Under the pieces are notes generated by a model, which saw only the letters and a list, made by a program, of their open reading frames with translations, did not search any database and was not told the DNA's origin. A stretch of 32,000 nt of DNA, from the sequence record KC012944.1; one strand, 5' to 3'. The position numbers and the translations under genes are program-made. This document shows, piece after piece, positions 1-9,707 of the stretch (its first letter is position 1; each line of letters opens with the position of its first letter).

Positions 1-811
1 TATTTAAGATTAATGTAGATAATGCTTGTTCATCAATATCGGAACTTATAATAACTAGAGATCTTTTTTCATAAATTATAGGTTCTAGTAGACGAATTAA
101 GTAATTATCATCTAACGTAATTTTTTGTAAGCTAAGTAAAATATAAGGATTTTTAAATTGAACCATTATATTTTTTTTATCAGTTGTAAAATAAGGTGAA
201 AAATACCCTCTGCTTATTTGCATGCCTTTTTCTAAAACTAAATTACTTTTTTTCCCAGTTTCTGTTCTTATTTTTAGTTGACCAGTTTTACCAATTTTTT
301 CAAATGCTTCTTTAAATATATTAACAAGATTTTCGTCTTGTGGAATATATCTTTCTAATACTTTCCCCCAAAAAATTTCCGTTGAAATAGGTAAACTTTT
401 GTCATTTAAAACTTTTAAAGCGTAATTAAGAGTTTTTGTAATGCCAATCTTTGTTTCTAATGAGTATGTATTTTGAGTTAGACTCTTAAAACCATTTAAT
501 ACTAGATAAGCTAAAATTAAGAAGAATGTTTTTGTTCCATCTCCACTTATATTATTTATTTTTTGAAAACAATCTTCTAACATGAGAAAAATTAAATTTT
601 CTATTTCGCTAGTAGTACGAAGGTTAGAAACTATTTTTGAACCATTTTTAAAAAGTTGGGGATTTGATAAATTTTTTTTATCAAAAATGATATTTTTTCC
701 CGAGGGTCCATAAGTTTCTTTTAATAATAATTCAACTTTTTTAATCCCATTTTCTATATATATTTGTACAAAATCCGATGATATAATAGCATGAGCATTA
801 TTTTTTTTCAC
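1..811 (-). CDS. groEL: Chaperonin GroEL/Cpn60, N-terminal ~270 codons; the rest runs off the window. Divergent.
   Basis: My own minus-strand translation from GTG (809-811): VKKNNAHAIISSDFVQIYIENGIKKVELLLKETYGPSGKNIIF..SGDGTKTFFLILAY..LEKGMQISRGYFSPYF..NPYILL..LSTLILN. These match the GroEL landmarks GPKGRNVV, GDGTTT, GMQFDRGYISPYF, NPYILL and ALATLVVN. GAGGAG lies at 819-824, 7 nt upstream of the GTG. Missing from the ORF track because it is open at the window edge. Confidence 0.7.
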   Translation of the reverse strand, partial: MKKNNAHAIISSDFVQIYIENGIKKVELLLKETYGPSGKNIIFDKKNLSNPQLFKNGSKIVSNLRTTSEIENLIFLMLEDCFQKINNISGDGTKTFFLILAYLVLNGFKSLTQNTYSLETKIGITKTLNYALKVLNDKSLPISTEIFWGKVLERYIPQDENLVNIFKEAFEKIGKTGQLKIRTETGKKSNLVLEKGMQISRGYFSPYFTTDKKNIMVQFKNPYILLSLQKITLDDNYLIRLLEPIIYEKRSLVIISSDIDEQALSTLILN

Positions 812-855
812 TTTTTAACTCCTCACAAATTAGTAAGATTCTAGTTAACTATAAG

Positions 856-927
856 CTGGGGCGGGAGGATTCGAACCTACGAGTGACGGAGTCAAAGTCC
901 GTTGCCTTACCACTTGGCGACGCCCCA
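856..927 (-). tRNA. trnQ: tRNA-Gln (anticodon UUG)
   Basis: Reverse complement reads TGGGGCG..ACGGA-CTTTGAC-TCCGT..GGTTCGAATCC..CGCCCCA. It folds as a cloverleaf with a 7-bp acceptor stem and a TTCGAAT T-loop; the anticodon loop gives TTG. Confidence 0.85.
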
Positions 928-987
928 AAAGGATAGTTTTTATTTATAGAAATAAAAACTATCATAATTTGTTGTAAAAAGCTTTGA

Positions 988-1060
988 CGAGCTAGGAGGG
1001 ATTTGAACCCCCGACACTATGGTTCGTAGCCATATGCTCTATCCACTGAGCTACAAGCTC
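988..1060 (-). tRNA. trnR: tRNA-Arg (anticodon ACG)
   Basis: Reverse complement reads GAGCTTG TA GCTC AGTGGATA GAGC A TATGG CTACGAA CCATA ..GGGGG TTCAAAT CCCTC CTAGCTC G. Anticodon is ACG. There is one T-T mismatch in the acceptor stem (6:67). Confidence 0.8.
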
Positions 1061-1122
1061 TTATTCTATAATTTACCATAAATTTTTAAAAATTTGTATG
1101 TATATAGACATATAATTTCTTT

Positions 1123-1464
1123 ATGATATTAAAAATAAAATTTGAAGTTAATTCAGATTTATTAAACGATTTAATTCCTAATTTTGTTAGATTTACTTCG
1201 TCAATAAACGAAGAAACTTCGACAATCACGTTAAATTTCTATAATCCTTTAAAACTACTTAATTTAAACTTACTAATGGTTGAAAAAAAATCAATAAAAG
1301 CAACTTTATTATTAGATTGTAATCTTAAATATACAACAAAAGACATCAAAATTATTTGGGTGAAGGGGAAACCTTTTATTTTGCAGGTAGTTTTCTTATT
1401 GACATCAAAAGTAGAGTCGAAAAAATTAAAAATTTATTTAGAAAAAAATAACCTTTTAAATTGA
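1123..1464 (+). CDS. Hypothetical protein ORF113; no motif recognised
   Basis: 113-codon ORF in a spacer that is otherwise unassigned. Its stop codon sits inside a perfect 17-bp hairpin. K/L/N/I-rich, and I recognise no family motif. In an AT-rich genome an ORF of this length is not strong evidence on its own. Confidence 0.35.
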   Translation: MILKIKFEVNSDLLNDLIPNFVRFTSSINEETSTITLNFYNPLKLLNLNLLMVEKKSIKATLLLDCNLKYTTKDIKIIWVKGKPFILQVVFLLTSKVESKKLKIYLEKNNLLN

Positions 1465-1490
1465 AACTAATTTTTAGTTTCAATTTAAAA
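1454..1490. terminator. Perfect 17-bp stem with a 3-nt loop between convergent ORF113 and rps4
   Basis: ttttaaattgaaactaa (1454-1470) / ttt / ttagtttcaatttaaaa (1474-1490), base-paired position by position. Confidence 0.55.
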
Positions 1491-1535
1491 TTAAATATCA
1501 GTTCTAAACAATACTACTAATATTTACGGCTTGCA

Positions 1536-2162
1536 CTAACGTCTAGAATAATACTCAACTACAAGTAGTTCGTTTACTGGAAGTCTAATATCTTTACGGT
1601 CGACAACTTTTTTTACTCCACCTTTTAATTGTTTTAGCGATCCTGCTAAATGATAAGGAAGAAATTTTCTTCTTTTCGAATTTGTGTTTTCTTCAACTAT
1701 TTCTCGTATTGTTTTTGTATCAGAAAGTTGAATACTGTCCCCAGGTTGACATTGAAAACTTGGGATTGTCACTACATGATCATTGACTTTAACATGACCA
1801 TGTGAAACTAGTTGCCTAGCTGATAAAATTGTTGGAGCAAGATTTAATCTAAAAACTATGGTATCTAGTCGCATTTCTAAAAGTTGAAGAATTATAAGAC
1901 CAGTAGAGCCTTTAATTCTTCTAGCTTCCTTTACATACCTAAATAACTGAGACTCTGTAATACAGTAGTTAAATCGAAGCTTTTGTTTTTCTTCTAATCG
2001 CATTCTAAATTCTGATCGACGAACTTTTTTACGACTATAACCATGTTGCCCTGGTAAAGTGTTTTGACGTTTTTTATTTCGTACACGCTTTCTTGTTAAA
2101 TGACTTAACTGAACACCTAACCTTCTTTGAAGTCTTAAGCGCGGTCCTCGGTATCGAGACAT
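1536..2162 (-). CDS. rps4: 30S ribosomal protein S4
   Basis: MSRYRGPRLRLQRRLG.. is the canonical S4 N-terminus, followed by an S4 RNA-binding domain (RLDTIVFRLNLAPTILSARQLVSHGHVKVN). I place the start at the ATG at 2160-2162; the 22 upstream codons in the ORF track are hydrophobic read-through. Confidence 0.92.
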   Translation of the reverse strand: MSRYRGPRLRLQRRLGVQLSHLTRKRVRNKKRQNTLPGQHGYSRKKVRRSEFRMRLEEKQKLRFNYCITESQLFRYVKEARRIKGSTGLIILQLLEMRLDTIVFRLNLAPTILSARQLVSHGHVKVNDHVVTIPSFQCQPGDSIQLSDTKTIREIVEENTNSKRRKFLPYHLAGSLKQLKGGVKKVVDRKDIRLPVNELLVVEYYSRR

Positions 2163-2282
2163 AGTTAAAATTACTCCATGTTTTGTTATAAATACAAAAA
2201 AGTATAATGAAAATATTACAACCGTCAATATCTAGAATAACTTATAAAATCTTTACAATAATATTATTGTACACATTAAACT

Positions 2283-2356
2283 GGTGGGCGTAGCCAAGTG
2301 GTTAAGGCAATGGGTTGTGGTTCCGTCACGCGCGGGTTCAAATCCCGTCGCTCACC
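2283..2356 (+). tRNA. trnH: tRNA-His (anticodon GUG) with the extra 5' G(-1)
   Basis: G-GTGGGCG TA GCCA..ATGGG TTGTGGT TCCGT..GCGGG TTCAAAT CCCGT CGCTCAC C. Anticodon is GTG, and the encoded G-1 is typical of tRNA-His. Confidence 0.85.
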
Positions 2357-2500
2357 CTATTACTAACTATTGTTTTAAATTCTTTTAGTTGATAAAATTT
2401 ATTAGAATTAAACATAATTTTAAAAATAAAGTTGACTCGATTTTATATATTGGTTAATACTATTTAAAATTTGATAGCTTTTTATGTTAAGGTGTATACA

Positions 2501-3088
2501 ATGCAAACTCTTCCTATTATAAAAAATCGCTTAATCAAGCTTTGTTTTTTTGTTAGTTCTTATAAAAATAATTTACCTTATTATACATTTATAATAAAAA
2601 CACTTAATACAGGTAACCGTAAAATTTTATCTTTACTTTACTTGATTTTTCCTTTAAAAAATCTAACAGCAAAGTTATTTCTAATTCTTTTTAGTTCACT
2701 AAATATTTGTACTTCATTTTTAGGAAATACAAACAAACTTTTTTTTGTTTTTGGGCGACTAAGTTTATTAATTTTGCATCATTTTATGGTTTTTTATGAG
2801 GTTATTTTATCGCTAAGATTTGTAATGGAATGGTACCCAAGCATAAACTTAACTGAGGGTGGTATGTTTGAACAAATAATATTTAATTTATCTGAACCTT
2901 ACTTTAAAGCATCTGAAGAAATTTTACCTAAAGGGTTATCCGCAATTTTCGCTTGGCTTTTAATTGAACAAATAAAGTCTTTTATTTCTAGATTTTATAG
3001 GGTTTTAACAACGTACTGCGATAATAATATTGAAATTATAGATATATTAACTCTAGCTTTATTTGGTGAAAAAATCTTACCAACTTAA
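2501..3088 (+). CDS. ycf19: YggT-family membrane protein (ycf19-like) with a long N-terminal extension
   Basis: The C-terminal part, LSLRFVMEWYPSINLTEGGMFEQIIFNLSEPYFKASEEILPKGLSAIFAWLLIEQI, resembles the YggT/Ycf19 signature (LR..L.W.P.I......I...T.P.L...R..IP). The ORF track starts at TTG 2471; the first ATG is at 2501. Confidence 0.5.
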   Translation: MQTLPIIKNRLIKLCFFVSSYKNNLPYYTFIIKTLNTGNRKILSLLYLIFPLKNLTAKLFLILFSSLNICTSFLGNTNKLFFVFGRLSLLILHHFMVFYEVILSLRFVMEWYPSINLTEGGMFEQIIFNLSEPYFKASEEILPKGLSAIFAWLLIEQIKSFISRFYRVLTTYCDNNIEIIDILTLALFGEKILPT

Positions 3089-3128
3089 ATAACGTATTTT
3101 TATTAAAAATAAAGAAAAGCTCAAAAAA

Positions 3129-3383
3129 ATGTTAAAAATTAGATTAAAAAGATGTGGTAGAAAAAAATTACCAAGTTATCGAATTGTTTTAGTAAGGAGT
3201 CAGGCAAGACGAGATGGTCGAGCTATAGAAGAATTAGGTTATTATAACCCTATAAGTAATGAACTAGTTTATAATCAAGATCGAATAAAACTTCGTTTAT
3301 CACAAGGTGCCAAACCTACTTTAACAGTTAAAAATTTTTTAATTAAATCCGGTGTTATTGAGAATCTACGTAAAATTAATTAA
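3129..3383 (+). CDS. rps16: 30S ribosomal protein S16
   Basis: MLKIRLKRCGRKKLPSYRIVLVRSQARRDGRAIEELGYYNP is the canonical S16 N-terminus. Confidence 0.92.
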   Translation: MLKIRLKRCGRKKLPSYRIVLVRSQARRDGRAIEELGYYNPISNELVYNQDRIKLRLSQGAKPTLTVKNFLIKSGVIENLRKIN

Positions 3384-3476
3384 AATCAAAATAATAAGTA
3401 ATCAGTTATTTTATTGATCTAAAGTATTTCTTATAAAATTAAAAAAAAACCAAAGACAGTCAAAAAGGATAACTTT

Positions 3477-3566
3477 ATGGACGTTATTGCTCTAGGTTGG
3501 TCAATGGTGCTAGTTGTATTTAGTTTTTCACTAGCAATGGTGGTCTGGGGTAGAAACGGTTTTTAA
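3477..3566 (+). CDS. petN: Cytochrome b6f subunit PetN (29 aa)
   Basis: My own translation: [29 protein letters not shown]. It matches the PetN pattern (..FTFSLSLVVWGRSGL). Too short for the supplied ORF track. Confidence 0.85.
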   Translation: MDVIALGWSMVLVVFSFSLAMVVWGRNGF

Positions 3567-3589
3567 TTTTTTGAATTTGGACTTGATTT

Positions 3590-3685
3590 ATGCAAGAAAT
3601 ATTAACTGTAGGTGGAATTGCTTTTGGAATAACAATTATTGGTCTTTCGCTTGGTTTTTTACTTCTAAGAGTACAAGCAAAATAG
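3590..3685 (+). CDS. petM: Probable cytochrome b6f subunit PetM (31 aa)
   Basis: My own translation: MQEILTVGGIAFGITIIGLSLGFLLLRVQAK*. A single TM helix ends in LL(K/R)(I/V)Q, as in PetM, and the gene sits next to petN. Confidence 0.55.
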   Translation: MQEILTVGGIAFGITIIGLSLGFLLLRVQAK

Positions 3686-3691
3686 GTAAAC

Positions 3692-3724
3692 TTTTATTCT
3701 CCTTTTTAAAAAAGGAGAATAAAA
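3692..3724. terminator. 14-bp stem-loop downstream of petM
   Basis: ttttattctccttt (3692-3705) pairs with aaaggagaataaaa (3711-3724); the loop is 5 nt. Confidence 0.5.
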
Positions 3725-3737
3725 CCCTTTTTATTTT

Positions 3738-3920
3738 ATGAGTGTTATATTAAATGTAATCTTTTTATCTCAAGTTTTATTATTAACTATACTAGTTATT
3801 TCTCGTAATCCAGCACGATTGCCTGGCTTTGAAAAAGCAAGAAATCAAAGCTTAGACAAAACAATCATTTTTATAGTTAGTACTTTAATAATTACATTGT
3901 TTGCGTTTAAATGTCGCTAG
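3738..3920 (+). CDS. secG: Small two-TM membrane protein, possibly SecG (ycf47)
   Basis: 60 aa with TM1 (VILNVIFLSQVLLLTILVI), then SRNPARLPGF, a short loop, LDKT and TM2. This architecture and the NP..G / L.K.T spacing resemble plastid SecG/Ycf47. The similarity is weak and judged from memory of the family. Confidence 0.4.
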   Translation: MSVILNVIFLSQVLLLTILVISRNPARLPGFEKARNQSLDKTIIFIVSTLIITLFAFKCR

Positions 3921-3960
3921 TTTATTTATATGTGAGTATTTTTTAACCAATAAAGTTGTT

Positions 3961-4470
3961 ATGAACAGAATGGATTGGTTTGTTTTATGCCCTGTTCCTC
4001 GAGACCAGAGACCTTTTTACGAATATATAAAACGAAAAGACTCTAGTATCTTAGGTTGGGTAGGCTTAAATGAGTCAAATTACGCCCGTAGGTTTTTTTT
4101 AAGTCTTATAGGTATATTTAGTATTACGTTACCTTTGACATCTTGGCTTATTTCAATAGTGTATTATCCTTATCAAACAATATTAATAAGTACGTGTGTT
4201 ACTTTAGTTATTCAAACTATTATTTATGGTTATTTTTTTATTACTTGGTTTTACGCTGGGAAAAGATTAGTCGCAGCTAAAGTTTGGTATGAAGAATCTG
4301 GCTGGTATGATGGTCGTATTTGGATAAAGCCTCCTAGTATTCTCCGCCATGAGCGATTACTGTATCACTATCAATTAGTACCTTTGATAACACGCCTTAC
4401 TAAAACCCTTCAGTTTCTAAGTTTAAGTATGGTTTTTGTTATTTCGCTATTGTTTTTAATTGTATATTAA
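3961..4470 (+). CDS. ycf36: Ycf36 (DUF1230) family membrane protein
   Basis: MNRMDWFVLCPVPRDQRPFYEYIKRKDSSILGW matches the Ycf36 N-terminal signature CPVP.EQ.P..EY, and TM helices follow. I start it at ATG 3961 rather than TTG 3901, which would overlap the preceding ORF. Confidence 0.6.
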   Translation: MNRMDWFVLCPVPRDQRPFYEYIKRKDSSILGWVGLNESNYARRFFLSLIGIFSITLPLTSWLISIVYYPYQTILISTCVTLVIQTIIYGYFFITWFYAGKRLVAAKVWYEESGWYDGRIWIKPPSILRHERLLYHYQLVPLITRLTKTLQFLSLSMVFVISLLFLIVY

Positions 4471-4509
4471 TATTTTTACTTAAATTAAATACAATGTTAA
4501 TTAGGTAAC

Positions 4510-4583
4510 GGCGGGGTAGAGCAGATTGGTAGCTCGTTGGGCTCATAATCCGAAGGTCAGTGGTTCAAGTCCACTCTCCGCTA
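4510..4583 (+). tRNA. trnfM: tRNA-Met (anticodon CAU), initiator-like
   Basis: GGCGGGG TA GAGC AGATTGGTA GCTC G TTGGG CTCATAA TCCGA AGGTC AGTGG TTCAAGT CCACT CTCCGCT A. Nearly colinear with plastid and bacterial tRNA-fMet (CGCGGGGTAGAGCAG..GGTAGCTCG..GGCTCATAA.C..). Confidence 0.75.
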
Positions 4584-4666
4584 TAAATAGCCGTCTATGC
4601 CTTTTGATTAAACAGTGCAAGTTTGACTAGTCAACTAAAATTTGACAACAAAGGGACGAAGATGCC

Positions 4667-5077
4667 ATGAATCTTAAATTAAAACAAAGTGATTTCCCAA
4701 AATTTGAAGGATCAACAGGTGGTTGGCTTAGCGCTGCAAAAAATGAAGAAAAATATGTAATTATTTGGACTAGTAAAGATGCTTCTTTGTTTGAAATGCC
4801 AACGGGTGGAACAGCAAAAATGAATGCTGGAAACAATGTAGCTTATTTTGCTCGTAAAGAACAATGTTTAGCTCTAGGAACTCAACTACGTAAGTTCAAA
4901 ATTACAAATTACAAAATTTTTCGTATATATCCTCCATTAGACATTACCTTATTACATCCTTTTGATGGAGTTTTCCCAGAAAAGGTAAATGAAGGACGTT
5001 CACCAGTTGGTAAACGTGATGCATCAATTGGGGGAAATCCAAATCCGGCTTCTTTAAAGTTTCAATCAAATAATTAA
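4667..5077 (+). CDS. psaD: Photosystem I subunit II (PsaD)
   Basis: [85 protein letters not shown] are canonical PsaD motifs. Confidence 0.93.
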   Translation: MNLKLKQSDFPKFEGSTGGWLSAAKNEEKYVIIWTSKDASLFEMPTGGTAKMNAGNNVAYFARKEQCLALGTQLRKFKITNYKIFRIYPPLDITLLHPFDGVFPEKVNEGRSPVGKRDASIGGNPNPASLKFQSNN

Positions 5078-5156
5078 AATTAGTTTTTAGATTAAATTAA
5101 AACAAATCTTAATTCATGTCCTTTAAACTATTTAGTAGTTAAAGGGTATGATCTTA

Positions 5157-5243
5157 GGAGAGATGGCAGAGTGGTCGATTGCGTCTGACTTGAAATCAGA
5201 AGAACTAGGAATGGTTCCGTGGGTTCGAATCCCACTCTCTCTT
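5157..5243 (+). tRNA. trnS: tRNA-Ser (anticodon UGA), long variable arm
   Basis: GGAGAGA TG GCAG AGTGGTCGATT GC..TCTGA CTTGAAA TCAGA, then a variable arm, then GTGGG TTCGAAT CCCAC TCTCTCT T. Anticodon is TGA. Confidence 0.85.
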
Positions 5244-5386
5244 CTCAATACTTGTAATTTATATGAAAAATATAACTAAACCCTTTTGATTTAATTTTTT
5301 TCTATTAAAATATTTAATAGAACATTTCAAAAGTATTGTTTGGTTAACTTAAACCAGTTTATAATCTTCTAATTAAAGAGGTCCGT

Positions 5387-5503
5387 ATGTTAATACTAAA
5401 AATAGCGGTTTACACAGTCGTTAGCTTTTTTGTTTATCTTTTTTGGTTTGGATTTATATCGAATGATCCATCTCGTAACCCTACCCAAAATATTAACAAT
5501 TAA
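5387..5503 (+). CDS. psbI: Photosystem II reaction centre protein I (38 aa)
   Basis: My own translation: [38 protein letters not shown]. It matches PsbI (MLTLK..VYTVV.FFV.LF.FGFLSNDP.RNP). Too short for the ORF track. Confidence 0.88.
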   Translation: MLILKIAVYTVVSFFVYLFWFGFISNDPSRNPTQNINN

Positions 5504-5523
5504 TTAAACCTATGTGTCCGGTG

Positions 5524-5556
5524 TAAGGTGTATCAACTTAGTATTGATACACCTTA
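5524..5556. terminator. Perfect 13-bp stem with a 7-nt loop downstream of psbI
   Basis: taaggtgtatcaa (5524-5536) pairs with ttgatacacctta (5544-5556). Confidence 0.5.
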
Positions 5557-5591
5557 TACTAATTTTAAATAAGTGGTATACATAAATAAAA

Positions 5592-5663
5592 GGGCAGTTA
5601 GCTCAGCGGTAGAGCTTCTGCCTTACAAGCAGAAGGCCACAGGTTCAAATCCTGTACTGCCCA
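5592..5663 (+). tRNA. trnV: tRNA-Val (anticodon UAC)
   Basis: GGGCAGT TA GCTC AGCGGTA GAGC T TCTGC CTTACAA GCAGA AGGCC ACAGG TTCAAAT CCTGT ACTGCCC A. Confidence 0.88.
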
Positions 5664-5665
5664 TA

Positions 5666-5738
5666 GGGCTCATCGTCTAAGGGATTAGGACAGAAACCTT
5701 CTAAGTTTCTAATGTAGGTTCGAATCCTACTGGGCCTA
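5666..5738 (+). tRNA. trnR: tRNA-Arg (anticodon UCU)
   Basis: GGGCTCA TC GTCT AAGGGATTA GGAC A GAAAC CTTCTAA GTTTC TAAT GTAGG TTCGAAT CCTAC TGGGCCT A. It starts 2 nt after trnV. Confidence 0.85.
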
Positions 5739-5948
5739 AGACGTTTTGAGAATAAAAAAGTTAAAAAACAATTCTTAAATAGTAAAACAAGGTTTTACTA
5801 AAAGTAATTAATAAATGTTTTTGAAAAGATACTCTTTCCTGCCAGATTTTATACGTTAGTTGTCTGAATTTTTTAGTTCTGACATTCTAGACTCTATATT
5901 ATAGATTTTTATGAGCAATTTATAGAACGTAAATTTGCAATTAACTTT

Positions 5949-5953
5949 AGGAG
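5949..5953 (+). promoter_or_regulatory. Shine-Dalgarno-like AGGAG upstream of chlL
   Basis: aggag lies 7 nt upstream of the ATG at 5961. Confidence 0.5.
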
Positions 5954-5960
5954 AAAAACT

Positions 5961-6827
5961 ATGAGATTAGCGGTTTATGGAAAAGGTGGTATTGGAAAAT
6001 CTACAACAAGTTGTAATATTTCAGTGGCATTAGCACAAAGAGGTAAAAAAGTTTTACAAATTGGGTGTGATCCAAAACATGATAGTACTTTTACATTAAC
6101 AGGATTCTTAATTCCTACAATTATTGATACATTACAAGTCAAAGACTATCATTATGAAGATGTTTGGCCCGAAGATGTTATTTATAGAGGTTTTAATGGA
6201 GTTGACTGTGTTGAAGCTGGTGGACCACCCGCAGGTGCTGGTTGTGGGGGTTATGTAGTAGGAGAAACAGTTAAACTTTTAAAAGAATTAAATGCGTTTG
6301 ACGAATACGATGTCATCCTTTTTGATGTGTTAGGTGACGTAGTCTGTGGTGGTTTTGCAGCACCTTTAAATTATGCAGATTATTGTTTAATTGTTACCGA
6401 TAATGGATTTGATGCGTTGTTTGCTGCTAATAGGATTGCAGCTTCCGTTCGTGAAAAAGCTAGAACTCATAGTTTAAGGTTAGCCGGTTTAATTGGTAAT
6501 AGAACTGCGACGCGTGACTTAATTGATAAATATATTCAAACTGTACCAATACCAGTTCTTGAGGTCTTACCTTTAATTGAAGATATACGTGTTTCAAGAA
6601 TTAAAGGCAAAACTCTTTTTGAAATGTCTACGATTGATCCATCTTTAGAGTATATCTGTGATTATTATTTAAATATAGCGGACCAGTTAATTGCTCAGCC
6701 AGAAGGAGTAATTCCAAAAGAATCTGCTGACCGTGAACTATTTACACTTTTATCTGACTTTTATTTAAAACCTGCTAATTCTGAGCAAAATGTTGAAGAT
6801 TTAGAAATGGACCTTTTTAACAACTAA
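5961..6827 (+). CDS. chlL: Light-independent protochlorophyllide reductase (DPOR) iron-sulfur ATP-binding protein ChlL
   Basis: P-loop [11 protein letters not shown], plus the NifH-like cluster cysteines in AGCGGYVVG and VVCGGFAAP. The protein is colinear with the ChlL/BchL family over its full length. Confidence 0.95.
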   Translation: MRLAVYGKGGIGKSTTSCNISVALAQRGKKVLQIGCDPKHDSTFTLTGFLIPTIIDTLQVKDYHYEDVWPEDVIYRGFNGVDCVEAGGPPAGAGCGGYVVGETVKLLKELNAFDEYDVILFDVLGDVVCGGFAAPLNYADYCLIVTDNGFDALFAANRIAASVREKARTHSLRLAGLIGNRTATRDLIDKYIQTVPIPVLEVLPLIEDIRVSRIKGKTLFEMSTIDPSLEYICDYYLNIADQLIAQPEGVIPKESADRELFTLLSDFYLKPANSEQNVEDLEMDLFNN

Positions 6828-6839
6828 ACTAAATTTTGA

Positions 6840-8201
<1,362 letters not shown>

Positions 8202-8360
8202 ATTTTTGTTGTTGACTAAAACACTAAAGTATTTAACCCGTAAGATTTATAAAATTATTGTACAATTAATTTAAATAAGACAGCTTTGTAGAAATTCCTG
8301 TTATCCCCCCTCATCATACACGAAATATTCATCCTTTGCAAAATAGACTCTTGCAATTAA

Positions 8361-9497
<1,137 letters not shown>

Positions 9498-9506
9498 GAA
9501 TATTTA

Positions 9507-9543
9507 ATTACATATGAGTGATTTTTAATCACTCGTATGTAAT
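9507..9543 (+). terminator. 17-bp stem-loop (one G-U pair) followed by a T-run, 3' of psbA
   Basis: attacatatgagtgatt (9507-9523) / ttt / aatcactcgtatgtaat (9527-9543), followed by attttttt. Confidence 0.6.
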
Positions 9544-9707
9544 ATTTTTTTAGATTGACTGATAAAAAATATTATGTCGTACAATGTGTTAGGTCTTACA
9601 AATCCTGTAAAAAAACATTAAAAATCTAAAGTCTCCAAGTAAAGTAGCATTTGTATAATTTATATATTCAGATTTTCTTTGTTAATTTAATATTAATTTA
9701 AAAAATT

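Noticed and set aside
2163-2228. 22-codon N-terminal extension of rps4 in the ORF track (MTVVIFSLYFFVFITKHGVILT).
   Set aside because: The canonical S4 N-terminus MSRYRGPRL starts at the internal ATG (2160-2162). The upstream codons are hydrophobic read-through of the AT-rich leader.
3901-3960. TTG-initiated extension of ycf36 that overlaps the end of the preceding 60-aa ORF.
   Set aside because: The conserved Ycf36 sequence begins just after ATG 3961. The extension would overlap the upstream gene by 20 nt and has no supporting motif.
4627-4836. 69-aa minus-strand ORF overlapping psaD. Similar antisense ORFs lie at 6952-7152, 8369-8650, 9173-9427, 14978-15181, 15239-15481, 19261-19449, 19798-20136, 22136-22336, 26877-27236, 29572-29820 and 31393-31824.
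   Set aside because: Each lies wholly inside, and antisense to, a strongly conserved gene (psaD, chlN, psbA, atpB, rpoB, rpoC1, rpoC2, atpG, atpA). None has a recognisable motif, and their composition simply mirrors the sense gene. They are shadow ORFs.
5128-5148. Short bulged hairpin cctttaaact..agttaaaggg between psaD and trnS.
   Set aside because: The stem is imperfect and short, and indistinguishable from chance in AT-rich DNA. It is not reported as a feature.
9513-9525. A 13-nt string atatgagtgattt (or close to it) shared between the psbA 3' hairpin (about 9512-9524) and the rbcL upstream region (about 11898-11910).
   Set aside because: A single shared 12-13-mer in 32 kb of AT-biased sequence searched on two strands is within chance expectation, and there is no extended similarity around it.
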